A stretch of DNA of 64,000 nucleotides from Legionellales bacterium (GTDB taxonomy: Bacteria > Pseudomonadota > Gammaproteobacteria > JABCZS01): NCBI GenBank assembly GCA_041660525.1, contig JBAZWD010000009.1:2829-66828 (forward strand), given 5' to 3'. Shown here one piece after another: positions 27,766-36,500 of this stretch (the stretch's first letter is position 1; each line of letters begins with the position of its first letter). The position numbers were made by a program, and so were the translations under genes. The notes below the pieces were generated by a model. That model was not told the origin of the DNA and searched no databases. It worked only from the letters and a program-made list of their open reading frames with translations.

Positions 27766-29094
27766 TTATTTATAAACAGGTAAAACCGTTAAAACGCGCG
27801 CTCCAGGTGCTTGATGTTGGCTTTGCTGTTGCGAATACTGTAATAAAGATGTACGTTCAGTCATGGTTGAGACTTGGGTCTCAAGTTCTTTGCTGATATC
27901 ATCCACTTCATCTGGTGGCAAAATCATTTGCATATCTTTAAACTGCGCAGCCATTTCTCGTGCATCAAGAATGCTAAATGTTTCTTCACAATTTTTCACA
28001 TTATTTGATAAAAATAAATTCCAAATAATAATAAATAATTCCGCAATTTTAAAATTGGGTATAACTGCAAATAAAACACCGGAAATGGCAACAAATACTC
28101 CTAGAAAAGTGCAAAAATCATCACAAGAATCAAATAATTCTTCATTAACATCTAAATAAAATTTAAGCGGCACTGCGAATGAGCATAATGAAATTAGACT
28201 TTGAACAATTTGTACAGAAGCATTCAGCTTAGGATTATGTCTAGCAAAAGGATTTTGATAAAATTGATCGATTAATGTATCTGGCAAATGATAACCAAAC
28301 AGACCCGCTAAAATCAACCAAGGCATCGTTAAAGTAGTGCCTAAAAAAATAGAAGCAACCAATCTATCGCTTTTATTTTCTGGTAAAAAATATTTCAAAG
28401 CTCCTATATTATTATCTGGATTATTCAACAATAAAATATTGATCACACAAAATGGACCGTTATAAAATAATGGCAATAAAATAGAAGAAGATATTTTTAT
28501 CCATCGAGAAATAGCTTGATGAGGGATAGCAGCACCATTAAGTTCATAAGCTTTAAGCGCTTGTAGAAACTTTTGAACGTTGGGCTTTAAATAACTTGAT
28601 GAAATAGATAAATCTTGTGCAAGAGAATAAAAGGTATAACTTGCCATGATAAAATTAGCAACAAAAACAAGCTTACCCTCAACAGGATCCTCTGTGTTTA
28701 ACATAAGCGGTAATGCAGCCAGAAAACCTGTTAAGATAGATAATGACAATCGAATCGGTATTTTTTTATTATTTTTTTGTTCTTTATAAAAAACATTGTT
28801 TTTACCCTGCACTGCTCTTTGGATTGCAGAAAAAAGCTGAGCGCTGGTGAAAATCACAATTATTAAATTAGTGGCACCATTAGGAATAAAAAAGGCCTTA
28901 GCCTCAGCTGAAGAGCAATTGAAATTTTCCTCACATAATAATATCGTTTGCTGTTTACTCAAAAAAATGGCAAAGCCACCGAGTGTGCAGGAAAATAGAG
29001 TATTAGCCAGTAACCAAGATATTTCTTTGCCCGTTAATTTTTTGGGTTTATTTAATTCTGACATTAATGATTCAATTAATGCGTCATGCGGCAT
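27766..29094 (-). CDS. Orphan multi-pass membrane protein (442 aa)
   Basis: Long ORF with many hydrophobic segments and a Q-rich C-terminal tail (LLQYSQQQSQHQ). No family recognised. Confidence 0.7.
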   Translation of the reverse strand: MPHDALIESLMSELNKPKKLTGKEISWLLANTLFSCTLGGFAIFLSKQQTILLCEENFNCSSAEAKAFFIPNGATNLIIVIFTSAQLFSAIQRAVQGKNNVFYKEQKNNKKIPIRLSLSILTGFLAALPLMLNTEDPVEGKLVFVANFIMASYTFYSLAQDLSISSSYLKPNVQKFLQALKAYELNGAAIPHQAISRWIKISSSILLPLFYNGPFCVINILLLNNPDNNIGALKYFLPENKSDRLVASIFLGTTLTMPWLILAGLFGYHLPDTLIDQFYQNPFARHNPKLNASVQIVQSLISLCSFAVPLKFYLDVNEELFDSCDDFCTFLGVFVAISGVLFAVIPNFKIAELFIIIWNLFLSNNVKNCEETFSILDAREMAAQFKDMQMILPPDEVDDISKELETQVSTMTERTSLLQYSQQQSQHQAPGARVLTVLPVYK

Positions 29095-29216
29095 AGGGTT
29101 TTTCCTGACATGAATTCTGTTTTTAATAAGATATAATCATTAAAATAATGCCTGAAAATAGAGCATATGTAAAGAATGGTCTTATCCGTTCTAATAGACA
29201 AGCTTATGCTAGTCAG

Positions 29217-29227
29217 CCCCCCCCCCC
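29217..29227. repeat. Homopolymeric C11 tract in a divergent intergenic region
   Basis: Direct count: cccc (29217-29220) plus ccccccc (29221-29227). Confidence 0.95.
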
Positions 29228-29263
29228 TGCGTGTTTAATAATATTTTCTTAAATAAGGAATAA

Positions 29264-30301
29264 ATGATGCCCACCTCATTTCCGACTATTGAAAACCATC
29301 TTCGCGAAAAATCATCTGCATTTTCAGTTAACTTCTTTATCGATGTTTTGAAAGCAGATTTTCAATTGCAAAAATATGAAAACTTGTTGCTTCAAGGAAG
29401 AACAACGCTCGATAACATTTACGATGCCGCACGCAAGGAACAGTTGATCAATGACTTTTCACTCCGCACGAATGCATTTAATCATTTTTTAAGGTCATTA
29501 GCTCAAGATCCATCTACTGCGCCTATAGTTAATCAATTTAAAAATTTGACTCATTTCGAGAGAGTTCAACAATTTTCAACTTTCAAAGCAAGGCAAGATG
29601 CTAACCATCTAAATATCAAACATCTAGAAGAGCTTTACACTGAAAGTCTGGGCGTATATTTAAATATCGATTTTGTGTTTGAATATTATGTTTTATCTGC
29701 AATGCCGCTCACCATGACAGCTGAAGAGCAGTCTCAATTTTTATCTAACGTCAAAGATACAATACAAACATCCCTTAACCAAGCAAACTATTTAATTTTC
29801 AAAGAAAATTCTAAAGTAGATAAAGAAAAAATGATCCAGTTTGCATCGGTTCTAAATGAATTAGGCTGGACTAAATATTCAAATGTCGCAAAACAATTTA
29901 TCTTACCTATTTTAAATGCTGAAATTGTATGCTCTAGCTTTAGAAATAAATATCTATATTTACTCGCACTTAAAGATCAAGTAGAAAATAACAAATGGGA
30001 CCACTTGAAAAATTTTTATGGCGGCAACAAAGATACACCTTCTGAAATTTCAAATTTACGTAATAAATTGAAATCACTAGAAGCTGCGTACAAGCAAGCA
30101 ACAACTGGCAATCAAGGATCATTAAATCAAATGTTCACTGAAGTTGGCACGATTATTAATGAAGAAAGAGGATTCATGCGTCATGATGGTGATACTGCAG
30201 ATCTTTATATTGAATATAAGGAAAAATATAATCAAATGAACGGAGGATCTTCTGTTCAATCCAATAATACATCGCCGTTTTCACAGCTCAGGAAACAGTA
30301 A
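29264..30301 (+). CDS. Orphan soluble, probably all-helical protein (345 aa)
   Basis: ORF with AAGGA SD about 8 nt upstream. No motif recognised. Polar S/N/Q-rich C-terminus. Confidence 0.7.
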   Translation: MMPTSFPTIENHLREKSSAFSVNFFIDVLKADFQLQKYENLLLQGRTTLDNIYDAARKEQLINDFSLRTNAFNHFLRSLAQDPSTAPIVNQFKNLTHFERVQQFSTFKARQDANHLNIKHLEELYTESLGVYLNIDFVFEYYVLSAMPLTMTAEEQSQFLSNVKDTIQTSLNQANYLIFKENSKVDKEKMIQFASVLNELGWTKYSNVAKQFILPILNAEIVCSSFRNKYLYLLALKDQVENNKWDHLKNFYGGNKDTPSEISNLRNKLKSLEAAYKQATTGNQGSLNQMFTEVGTIINEERGFMRHDGDTADLYIEYKEKYNQMNGGSSVQSNNTSPFSQLRKQ

Positions 30302-30560
30302 ATGTAGTCATGCCTGGCACAGTTGTGAGTTGAATATCTGACCGGCGTTTTAAGGCTAACAATCTCAACATAAAGTAGATTAAAACCATATCTCATTGAT
30401 ATATAGGAACTTTAAACACTCTACTCGTAGGGGGGTCTAGAATAACATGCCCAAATCTATACTAGAAACCAACCCATGCCTGACACCAATATGTGCTCGT
30501 AACTGAAAATATGATAATATGCTGGTCTTTTAAACTAATTGCAAGCGCAAGGAAAATAAC

Positions 30561-30968
30561 ATGCATAAAATCATTCTTACATCCATTAGTCTCATTTTCC
30601 TATCAGGCTGCGCTACTGTTTTCAGCGGCACTGATCAAGCTGTCAATGTAACAGCGGTAGATCAAGAAACAAAAAAAGATTTAAAAAATGTACATTGCAC
30701 TATTATCGATGACGAAGGAGCGACATATCAATTAGTCTCAAATCCAGGCGCGGTTGTTATCCCCAAAGGCAATGCACCATTACAAGTTAATTGTCATCAA
30801 AATGGATATCATACCTATTCCGGCGTAATCAATGATAGCTTCGATGCTGTGACATTAATTGATATCTTATTTTGGCCAACTTTTTTTGTTGATTGGGCAA
30901 CCGGTGCTATGCATAAATATCCTGGACAACATTCTGTTGTGATGGCGCCTGAGACTACAGAGTCATAA
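30561..30968 (+). CDS. Small lipoprotein, paralog B
   Basis: Lipobox FLSGC. Paralog of 26387-26791 in inverted orientation. Confidence 0.75.
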   Translation: MHKIILTSISLIFLSGCATVFSGTDQAVNVTAVDQETKKDLKNVHCTIIDDEGATYQLVSNPGAVVIPKGNAPLQVNCHQNGYHTYSGVINDSFDAVTLIDILFWPTFFVDWATGAMHKYPGQHSVVMAPETTES

Positions 30969-30981
30969 GCTTGAAGATATT

Positions 30982-31001
30982 GATGGGGTAATGACCCCGT
31001 C
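30982..31001. terminator. Hairpin between the convergent lipoprotein B and DUF2971 genes
   Basis: GATGGGG-TAATGA-CCCCGTC, a 7-bp stem including one G-U pair. No U-run. Confidence 0.3.
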
Positions 31002-31016
31002 ACAAAAGATCAGTTT

Positions 31017-31841
31017 CTACTGCTCATTTCCATCAGGATAACCATAGATTTTCTTATACCGAGCAATGTCTTGTTCATAATTATTATATTCAATAACATC
31101 TATTTTATATTCACCAATTGAAGGCACTGCAACATAAAACTTCGGATTTATTTTTCCCAAAGTTTGAATCACTTGTTCTACTCGTCGCTTTGAAATATTA
31201 AAACCAAAAATTATTTCTTTAATACTGTTGTGAACCATATCTCGAGTCAATCCAGCTGAAGTTTTATCTTTAAGTAGACCGCAACTGTCATAAACTCGCC
31301 ACTCTTTTTCTTGTGCAAAGGTTGTATGTTTTGACTTAAATACAGAACTCCAATCTTTCCCGACATTTCCATGATTAATTTTATAAGCTCTTTTTTTGTA
31401 ATTAACTTTTATCAGGCTTGAGTGGTTTTTGAATATTTCAGAATCAAACCCAATACATATTCCTTTAAAACCATCGGCATAATGTGAAAACATGTAAATA
31501 GAGTCCTTTGATTCATTAAGGCAAAATACACCATTCTCGATTATTTTTGCCATAAGAATATGGTTAATTGTATTTTGCTCTGCTGATAAGTGGTATAGAC
31601 CATCATTTCCCTCTTTTAAATCCAATAGCTCAATTGCTTTCTCAGTTACACCAGCTTTTGTGCAGCTCAATTCTTGCAATGAAAAAAAATGTTCAAATGG
31701 ATCGTTAAATTGATGAACTTTTGCAAAATAAATCTCGCCACGAGACAATATGGGTTCCGTGTGCTCGTGAAAAAAATCATTATTTTTAGGATTATCTACC
31801 GCTCGATATTTATATAGCACTGGGGGTAAATCATCGCACAT
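31017..31841 (-). CDS. DUF2971-family protein
   Basis: N-terminal LYKYRAVDN......IYFAKVHQFNDPFE pattern is characteristic of DUF2971. 274 aa. Confidence 0.7.
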   Translation of the reverse strand: MCDDLPPVLYKYRAVDNPKNNDFFHEHTEPILSRGEIYFAKVHQFNDPFEHFFSLQELSCTKAGVTEKAIELLDLKEGNDGLYHLSAEQNTINHILMAKIIENGVFCLNESKDSIYMFSHYADGFKGICIGFDSEIFKNHSSLIKVNYKKRAYKINHGNVGKDWSSVFKSKHTTFAQEKEWRVYDSCGLLKDKTSAGLTRDMVHNSIKEIIFGFNISKRRVEQVIQTLGKINPKFYVAVPSIGEYKIDVIEYNNYEQDIARYKKIYGYPDGNEQ

Positions 31842-31871
31842 ACTATCTCCCTATCGTTATTAACTTCATTC

Positions 31872-31914
31872 TGCCGACAGAGCTTACGTCCGCCTGATCT
31901 ACTGATTACGAATC
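31872..31914 (-). other. Degenerate copy of the 3' half of tRNA-Thr (att-like remnant)
   Basis: TGCCGACAG (9/9) and CTACTGATTACGAATC (16/16) are identical to 32935-32943 and 32963-32978. The 18-19 nt between them (T-arm) diverge. Flank TTCATT(C/A) is also shared. Confidence 0.75.
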
Positions 31915-32059
31915 TGAGTTAAACAACAAATGGTAACACATCAGAACAAATAACAGCAACCAAATCAAAGGGTTAAAATTAAATGCTTTTTATCTTATGC
32001 TGAAGAGTGTTACTAATTGTTATCTCTGAGTGGCCATGAGTTCCACATGAAGAGATATG

Positions 32060-32088
32060 TGTTATAATCTTATTAATAAGATTATAAC
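32060..32088 (+). promoter_or_regulatory. Extended -10 promoter embedded in a perfect 28-bp palindrome (operator) upstream of the AbrB-type antitoxin
   Basis: TGTTATAAT at 32060-32068. GTTATAATCTTATTAATAAGATTATAAC (32061-32088) equals its own reverse complement and ends 9 nt before the ATG at 32098. Confidence 0.55.
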
Positions 32089-32097
32089 GGAAATAAG

Positions 32098-32361
32098 ATG
32101 ATGAACATACTAGCAACAACAAAAATGTCTTCAAGGGGGCAAGTTGTGATCCCTGAAGATATTCGCAAACAACTTCACTTAGAAACAGGCACACAATTCG
32201 CTGTAATTGCTGAAAATAATGTAGTAATATTGAAAATCATTACCCCTCCTAAACTCAGCGAGTTTAAGGGAATATTGAATAAAATACAAAAAGCAGCCAA
32301 AGCAGCAGGACTCACCCCAAAAGATCTAGAAGAAGTGATTAAGGAAGATCGTAAAAAATGA
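32098..32361 (+). CDS. AbrB/MazE/SpoVT-family antitoxin
   Basis: 87 aa. SSRGQVVIPEDIRKQL looped-hinge-helix motif. 4-nt overlap with the PIN gene. Confidence 0.85.
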   Translation: MMNILATTKMSSRGQVVIPEDIRKQLHLETGTQFAVIAENNVVILKIITPPKLSEFKGILNKIQKAAKAAGLTPKDLEEVIKEDRKK

Positions 32362-32780
32362 TTCGGATTGTATTAGATACAAACGTATTTGTATCTGGTT
32401 TATTTTGGTCTGGACCTCCAAGCCAAATATTAGATGCATGGGAAGAAAAAAATTTAACTCTTGTATTCTCCCTAGATATCATGGAGGAATATAAACGAAT
32501 AGCACACGCTTTAGCACATAAGCGTGAGCTTCATCAAGACATGAATGTCTCTGCCGCCCTAGAACTTATTGCAATACATGGCGAGCTAGCCTCGCCCATT
32601 TCCCTTGATAAATCAATCTCACGTGATCCTGATGATGATAAATTTATTGCTTGCGCATTAGGCGCTGATTGTTTCTTGATTGTGAGTGGTGATAAAGATT
32701 TATTAGATATTTCTGGATATGCGGGGATTAATATAGTGAAGCCAGGAGAATTTTTGAAGCATTATTTATCTAAAGAGTAA
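32358..32780 (+). CDS. PIN-domain toxin (TIGR00305-like)
   Basis: 140 aa. VLDTNVFVSG start, later DPDDDKFIACAL and SGDKDLL motifs. Confidence 0.85.
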   Translation: MIRIVLDTNVFVSGLFWSGPPSQILDAWEEKNLTLVFSLDIMEEYKRIAHALAHKRELHQDMNVSAALELIAIHGELASPISLDKSISRDPDDDKFIACALGADCFLIVSGDKDLLDISGYAGINIVKPGEFLKHYLSKE

Positions 32781-32839
32781 CACTACTGTACAAATTGTAA
32801 AAAAATTCAGTATTAACCGTAGATGGATTCGCTGATTAT

Positions 32840-32868
32840 TAATTATGCAACAGGCTGTTGCATAATTA
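32840..32868. terminator. 29-bp palindrome downstream of the PIN gene (terminator or recombination-site candidate)
   Basis: TAATTATGCAACAG-G-CTGTTGCATAATTA, 14-bp perfect arms. No U-run. Lies between the TA module and the tRNA-Thr 3' end. Confidence 0.35.
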
Positions 32869-32934
32869 CTCAGTGTACAATTAATGCCCCAGCACAGTGC
32901 TAGTACAACACATCTCATCTCGTTAATTTCATTA

Positions 32935-33007
32935 TGCCGACAGGGCGAATCGAACGCCCGGCCTACTGATTACGAATCAGTTGCTCTACCGACTGAGCTA
33001 TGTCGGC
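32935..33007 (-). tRNA. tRNA-Thr (anticodon CGT)
   Basis: Reverse complement GCCGACATAGCTCAGTCGGTAGAGCAACTGATTCGTAATCAGTAGGCCGGGCGTTCGATTCGCCCTGTCGGCA. Resembles E. coli thrW. CCA is not encoded. Confidence 0.95.
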
Positions 33008-33154
33008 TAGGTGGTTATGCTGACAGTTAATTATAAAAATTTATGCTAGAAAAGTATATAAATTATTTATTTAAATAATCATATTTGACTATTGAAAACA
33101 TTTTCTAACGCGGGTAATATCCAAAAACTATAATAAATAACATGGAGTATCTAT

Positions 33155-33580
33155 ATGCAGCGACAAAAAGGATTCACACTGATTGAACTCATGATCATCG
33201 TAGCCATCATCGCTATCTTAGCGGCGATTGCGATTCCCGCTTATAACGATTTTACTACGCGTAGTAAAGTCAGCGAAGGGATGAGTCTGGCGAGTACTGC
33301 GCAGCTGGCGATAGTGGAATATTTTGTTTTGACTGGGACTTGGCCTGAGAATAATCAAGATGCTGGGTTGGCGGAGCCTGCCATGATTTCTGGGGAATAT
33401 GTTGAGAGTGTAACGGTTTTAGAAAATCAGGTTTTAGTTTTATTTAAATCTAATGCGGGAACTGGACTTTCTGGGCATACTATTATGATGCAAGCTAATA
33501 ATACTCAGGGGTCGATGACTTGGGTGTGTTCGAGCGAGGATATTGACGGGAATTTTTTGCCGCAAAATTGTCGGTCGTAG
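33155..33580 (+). CDS. pilA: Type IV pilin (PilA-like)
   Basis: [30 protein letters not shown] prepilin leader and N-methyl-Phe region. C-terminal Cys pair ([15 protein letters not shown]). GGAG SD. Confidence 0.92.
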   Translation: MQRQKGFTLIELMIIVAIIAILAAIAIPAYNDFTTRSKVSEGMSLASTAQLAIVEYFVLTGTWPENNQDAGLAEPAMISGEYVESVTVLENQVLVLFKSNAGTGLSGHTIMMQANNTQGSMTWVCSSEDIDGNFLPQNCRS

Positions 33581-36500
33581 ATAAAGCTGCATTGTATTCT
33601 AAAGAAACTTGATCGTGGCCCAACCAATCGCGCAACATTTTTAATAAATGTGCGTCTGGAGTTACGCGCCAATTTTCGCCTAATTTTAATTCCGCTTGCG
33701 CGTTTTCCTTTGTGTATTGAATGAAGACTGGGCATTTGCCTGGGCAATAGGGTTTTAGAATTTCTATTAATTGCTCGACAATATTTTCTTTGGCAATTTC
33801 AGGTTCTATTTTTAAGGATAAACGTTGAATGAAATGTTGACGTGCCATGTTCATATCATAAACTTCCGATACCCGCATGCGAAGACCGCCGGAATATTCA
33901 TCATGCATCACCACGCCTTGAACGACTAATAAACTTTCCGTTTGTAAGAGTTCACGGTATTTTTCGAATTCATTATTAAATAAAGTTATATCCATACGTG
34001 CACTTTGATCATCGATGGTTGCAATGCCCATGCGTTTGCCTTGCTTGGTTTTTACAATTCGGAGTGACGTTAAAAAACCTGCTAGCGTTATTTTTTTATC
34101 AGGTTCTGAGCGTACGTTTGCAATTCTACAACTGATGAAACGTTTTAATTCCGGTAAAAATTCTGTAATGGGATGGCCCGTTAAATATAAACCCAACGTT
34201 GTTTTTTCACCTAATAAACGCTGTGCATCTGACCAAATGGGTGCTGGAACTAAATCAGGTGTTGCTTGCGTATCTGATGAATCTGCAAATAAATCGGATT
34301 GGCCAACTGCAGCATCTTTGCTGGCTTTTTCTGCTAATTGTATCGCTTTTTCTAGTGAAGCTAATAATAAAGCCCGATGCGGTGCAAAATCATCTAATGC
34401 CCCTGCTTTTATCAAAGCCTCTAATGCGCGGCGATTATTTTTACGTAAATCAATACGTTTGCAAAAATCAAATAGATCTTTAAAAACACCGTCTTTATTT
34501 CGACTTTCAATAATTGATTCTATAGCCCCTTCCCCTAAACCTTTAATAGCACCTAATCCGTAAATGATTTGTGAATTTCTGGCGATAAAGTGATGAACGC
34601 TATGGTTAATATGCGGAGGTAAAATTTCTAAGTTTAAAATACGGCACTCTTCAATTAACATGACAACCTTATCGGTATTATCCATATCGCTCGATAATAC
34701 GGAGGCCATAAACTCTGCAGGATAATGCGCTTTTAAATACGCTGTTTGATAAGCAAGTAAGGCGTAGGCTGCTGAGTGTGATTTGTTAAAACCATAACCT
34801 GCGAACTTTTCAACCAAGTCAAATATCGATGTTGCAGTATTTGCAGGCACACCATTTTCTACTGCGCCTTTAACAAAAATTTCGCGTTGCTGCGCCATTT
34901 CTTCGGCTTTTTTCTTACCCATGGCGCGACGCAAAATATCTGCGCTACCTAATGAATAACCCGATAAGGTTTGCGCGATTTGCATGACTTGTTCTTGGTA
35001 TAAAATCACACCGTAAGTCGGCTCTAAAATAGCTTTTAAACTAGGATGCGGATATTCAACGCGCGCACGTCCATGTTTACGATTTATGAAATCATCAACC
35101 ATTCCAGATTGTAAAGGTCCTGGGCGGAATAATGCGACGAGGGCGATAATATCTTCGAAGGTATCTGGCTGTAATCGTTTGATTAAATCCTTCATGCCGC
35201 GTGATTCAAGCTGAAATACTGCTGTCGTTTGACACGCTTGCAATAATGCAAATGTTTTTGGACAATCTAAAGGTATTTGGGTAATGTCTAATTTTTCTTC
35301 GCGAAATTGATTAATCGCGCGCGCCGCCCAATCAATTATCGTTAATGTGCGCAAACCTAAAAAGTCGAACTTCACTAAACCAATAGTCTCAACATCGTCT
35401 TTATCTAATTGACAAACAAGTTGTTCAGATCCCGATTCACAATAAATCGGTGTGAAATCTGTTAATTTTCCAGGTGCAATAACAACGCCGCCCGCATGTT
35501 TACCTGCATTACGTGCAATGCCTTCAAGCTGCAAGGCTAGATCAATTAAATCGTGAACGGCTTCATCTTGATCGTATAATTCTTTTAATATTTTTTCATC
35601 GATTAAGGCTTTTTCCAAAGTAATACCTAATTCAAAAGGTACTAACTTTGCAATTTTATCGACGAATCCATAAGGATGTCCAAGTACACGACCCACATCA
35701 CGTACCACTGCTTTTGCAGCCATAGTGCCGAAAGTAATAATTTGCGAAACACTGTCGCGACCATAACGATGGGTTACATATTCAATGACTTCATCACGCC
35801 TATCCATGCAAAAATCGATATCAAAGTCAGGCATGGATACCCGTTCTGGATTTAAGAAACGTTCGAAAAGTAAATCATATTGCAGAGGATCCAAATCTGT
35901 AATACCTAAAACATAGGCAACTAATGAACCTGCACCTGAACCCCGTCCTGGTCCTACAGGAATACCCTGCTCTTTTGCCCATTGTATAAAATCAGCGACG
36001 ATTAAAAAATAACCGGCAAAACCCATGTTATTAATAACTTTTAATTCTGTATCTAAACGCTCTTGATAAGCATCTTTAATCTGCCCAAAACGTTTTTTTA
36101 AGCCATTCATAGCTTGTTGTTGTAAATAGGATTCAATTGTCATTTCTGATGGCACAGGAAAATGCGGCAAATGCACATCGTATAATTTTAAACTGACATT
36201 GCAGCGTTTTGCAATTTCAACAGAATTTTCTAGGGCTTCGGGTAAATCTGCAAATAAAGCTTGCATCTCAGCTGGACTTCTTAAATATTGTTGCGCTGTA
36301 TATTCTGAAACGCGTTTTGGATCGTTTAACATTTGCCCTGCGTGAATACAAACTCTTGCCTCATGTGCATCAAATTCATTGGGCTGTATAAAACAAACAT
36401 TGTTAGTGGCAACAATAGGCACACAAAATTTTTGTGCGAGTTTTAATGCTTGTTGAATATAAAATTCTTCTTGTGGCTTTCCTATGCGTTGTAATTCGAT

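Noticed and set aside
29232-29256. TTTAATAAT ... CTTAAATA upstream of the 345-aa orphan as a possible PmrA-type tandem box (Legionella/Coxiella effector regulon)
   Set aside because: The two half-sites are about 14 nt apart, not the roughly 11-nt periodicity I recall for the consensus, and the second half-site is a poor match.
30309-30486. TGGCAC (30315-30320) as a sigma-54 -24 element. Also a 12-nt imperfect direct repeat, CATGCCTGGCAC at 30309-30320 and CATGCCTGACAC at 30475-30486.
   Set aside because: No GC or TTGC element lies at the -12 distance (GG-N10 is followed by AG). The repeat is short with one mismatch, so it could be chance in a 259-nt gap.
30447-30506. 19-codon ORF MPKSILETNPCLTPICARN in the gap upstream of lipoprotein B
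   Set aside because: It is too short, the only SD-like element (GGGGGG) is 11 nt away, and there is no supporting feature. It cannot be distinguished from chance.
31979-32194. 71-aa minus-strand ORF overlapping the AbrB antitoxin start and its palindromic promoter
   Set aside because: It has no SD or motif, overlaps a well-supported TA operon and its operator, and has a Cys/Leu-rich low-information translation.
31017-33007. Active integrative element or prophage at tRNA-Thr
   Set aside because: There is no integrase, excisionase, transposase or phage gene anywhere near, and the repeat copy is degenerate. It is better described as an eroded remnant.
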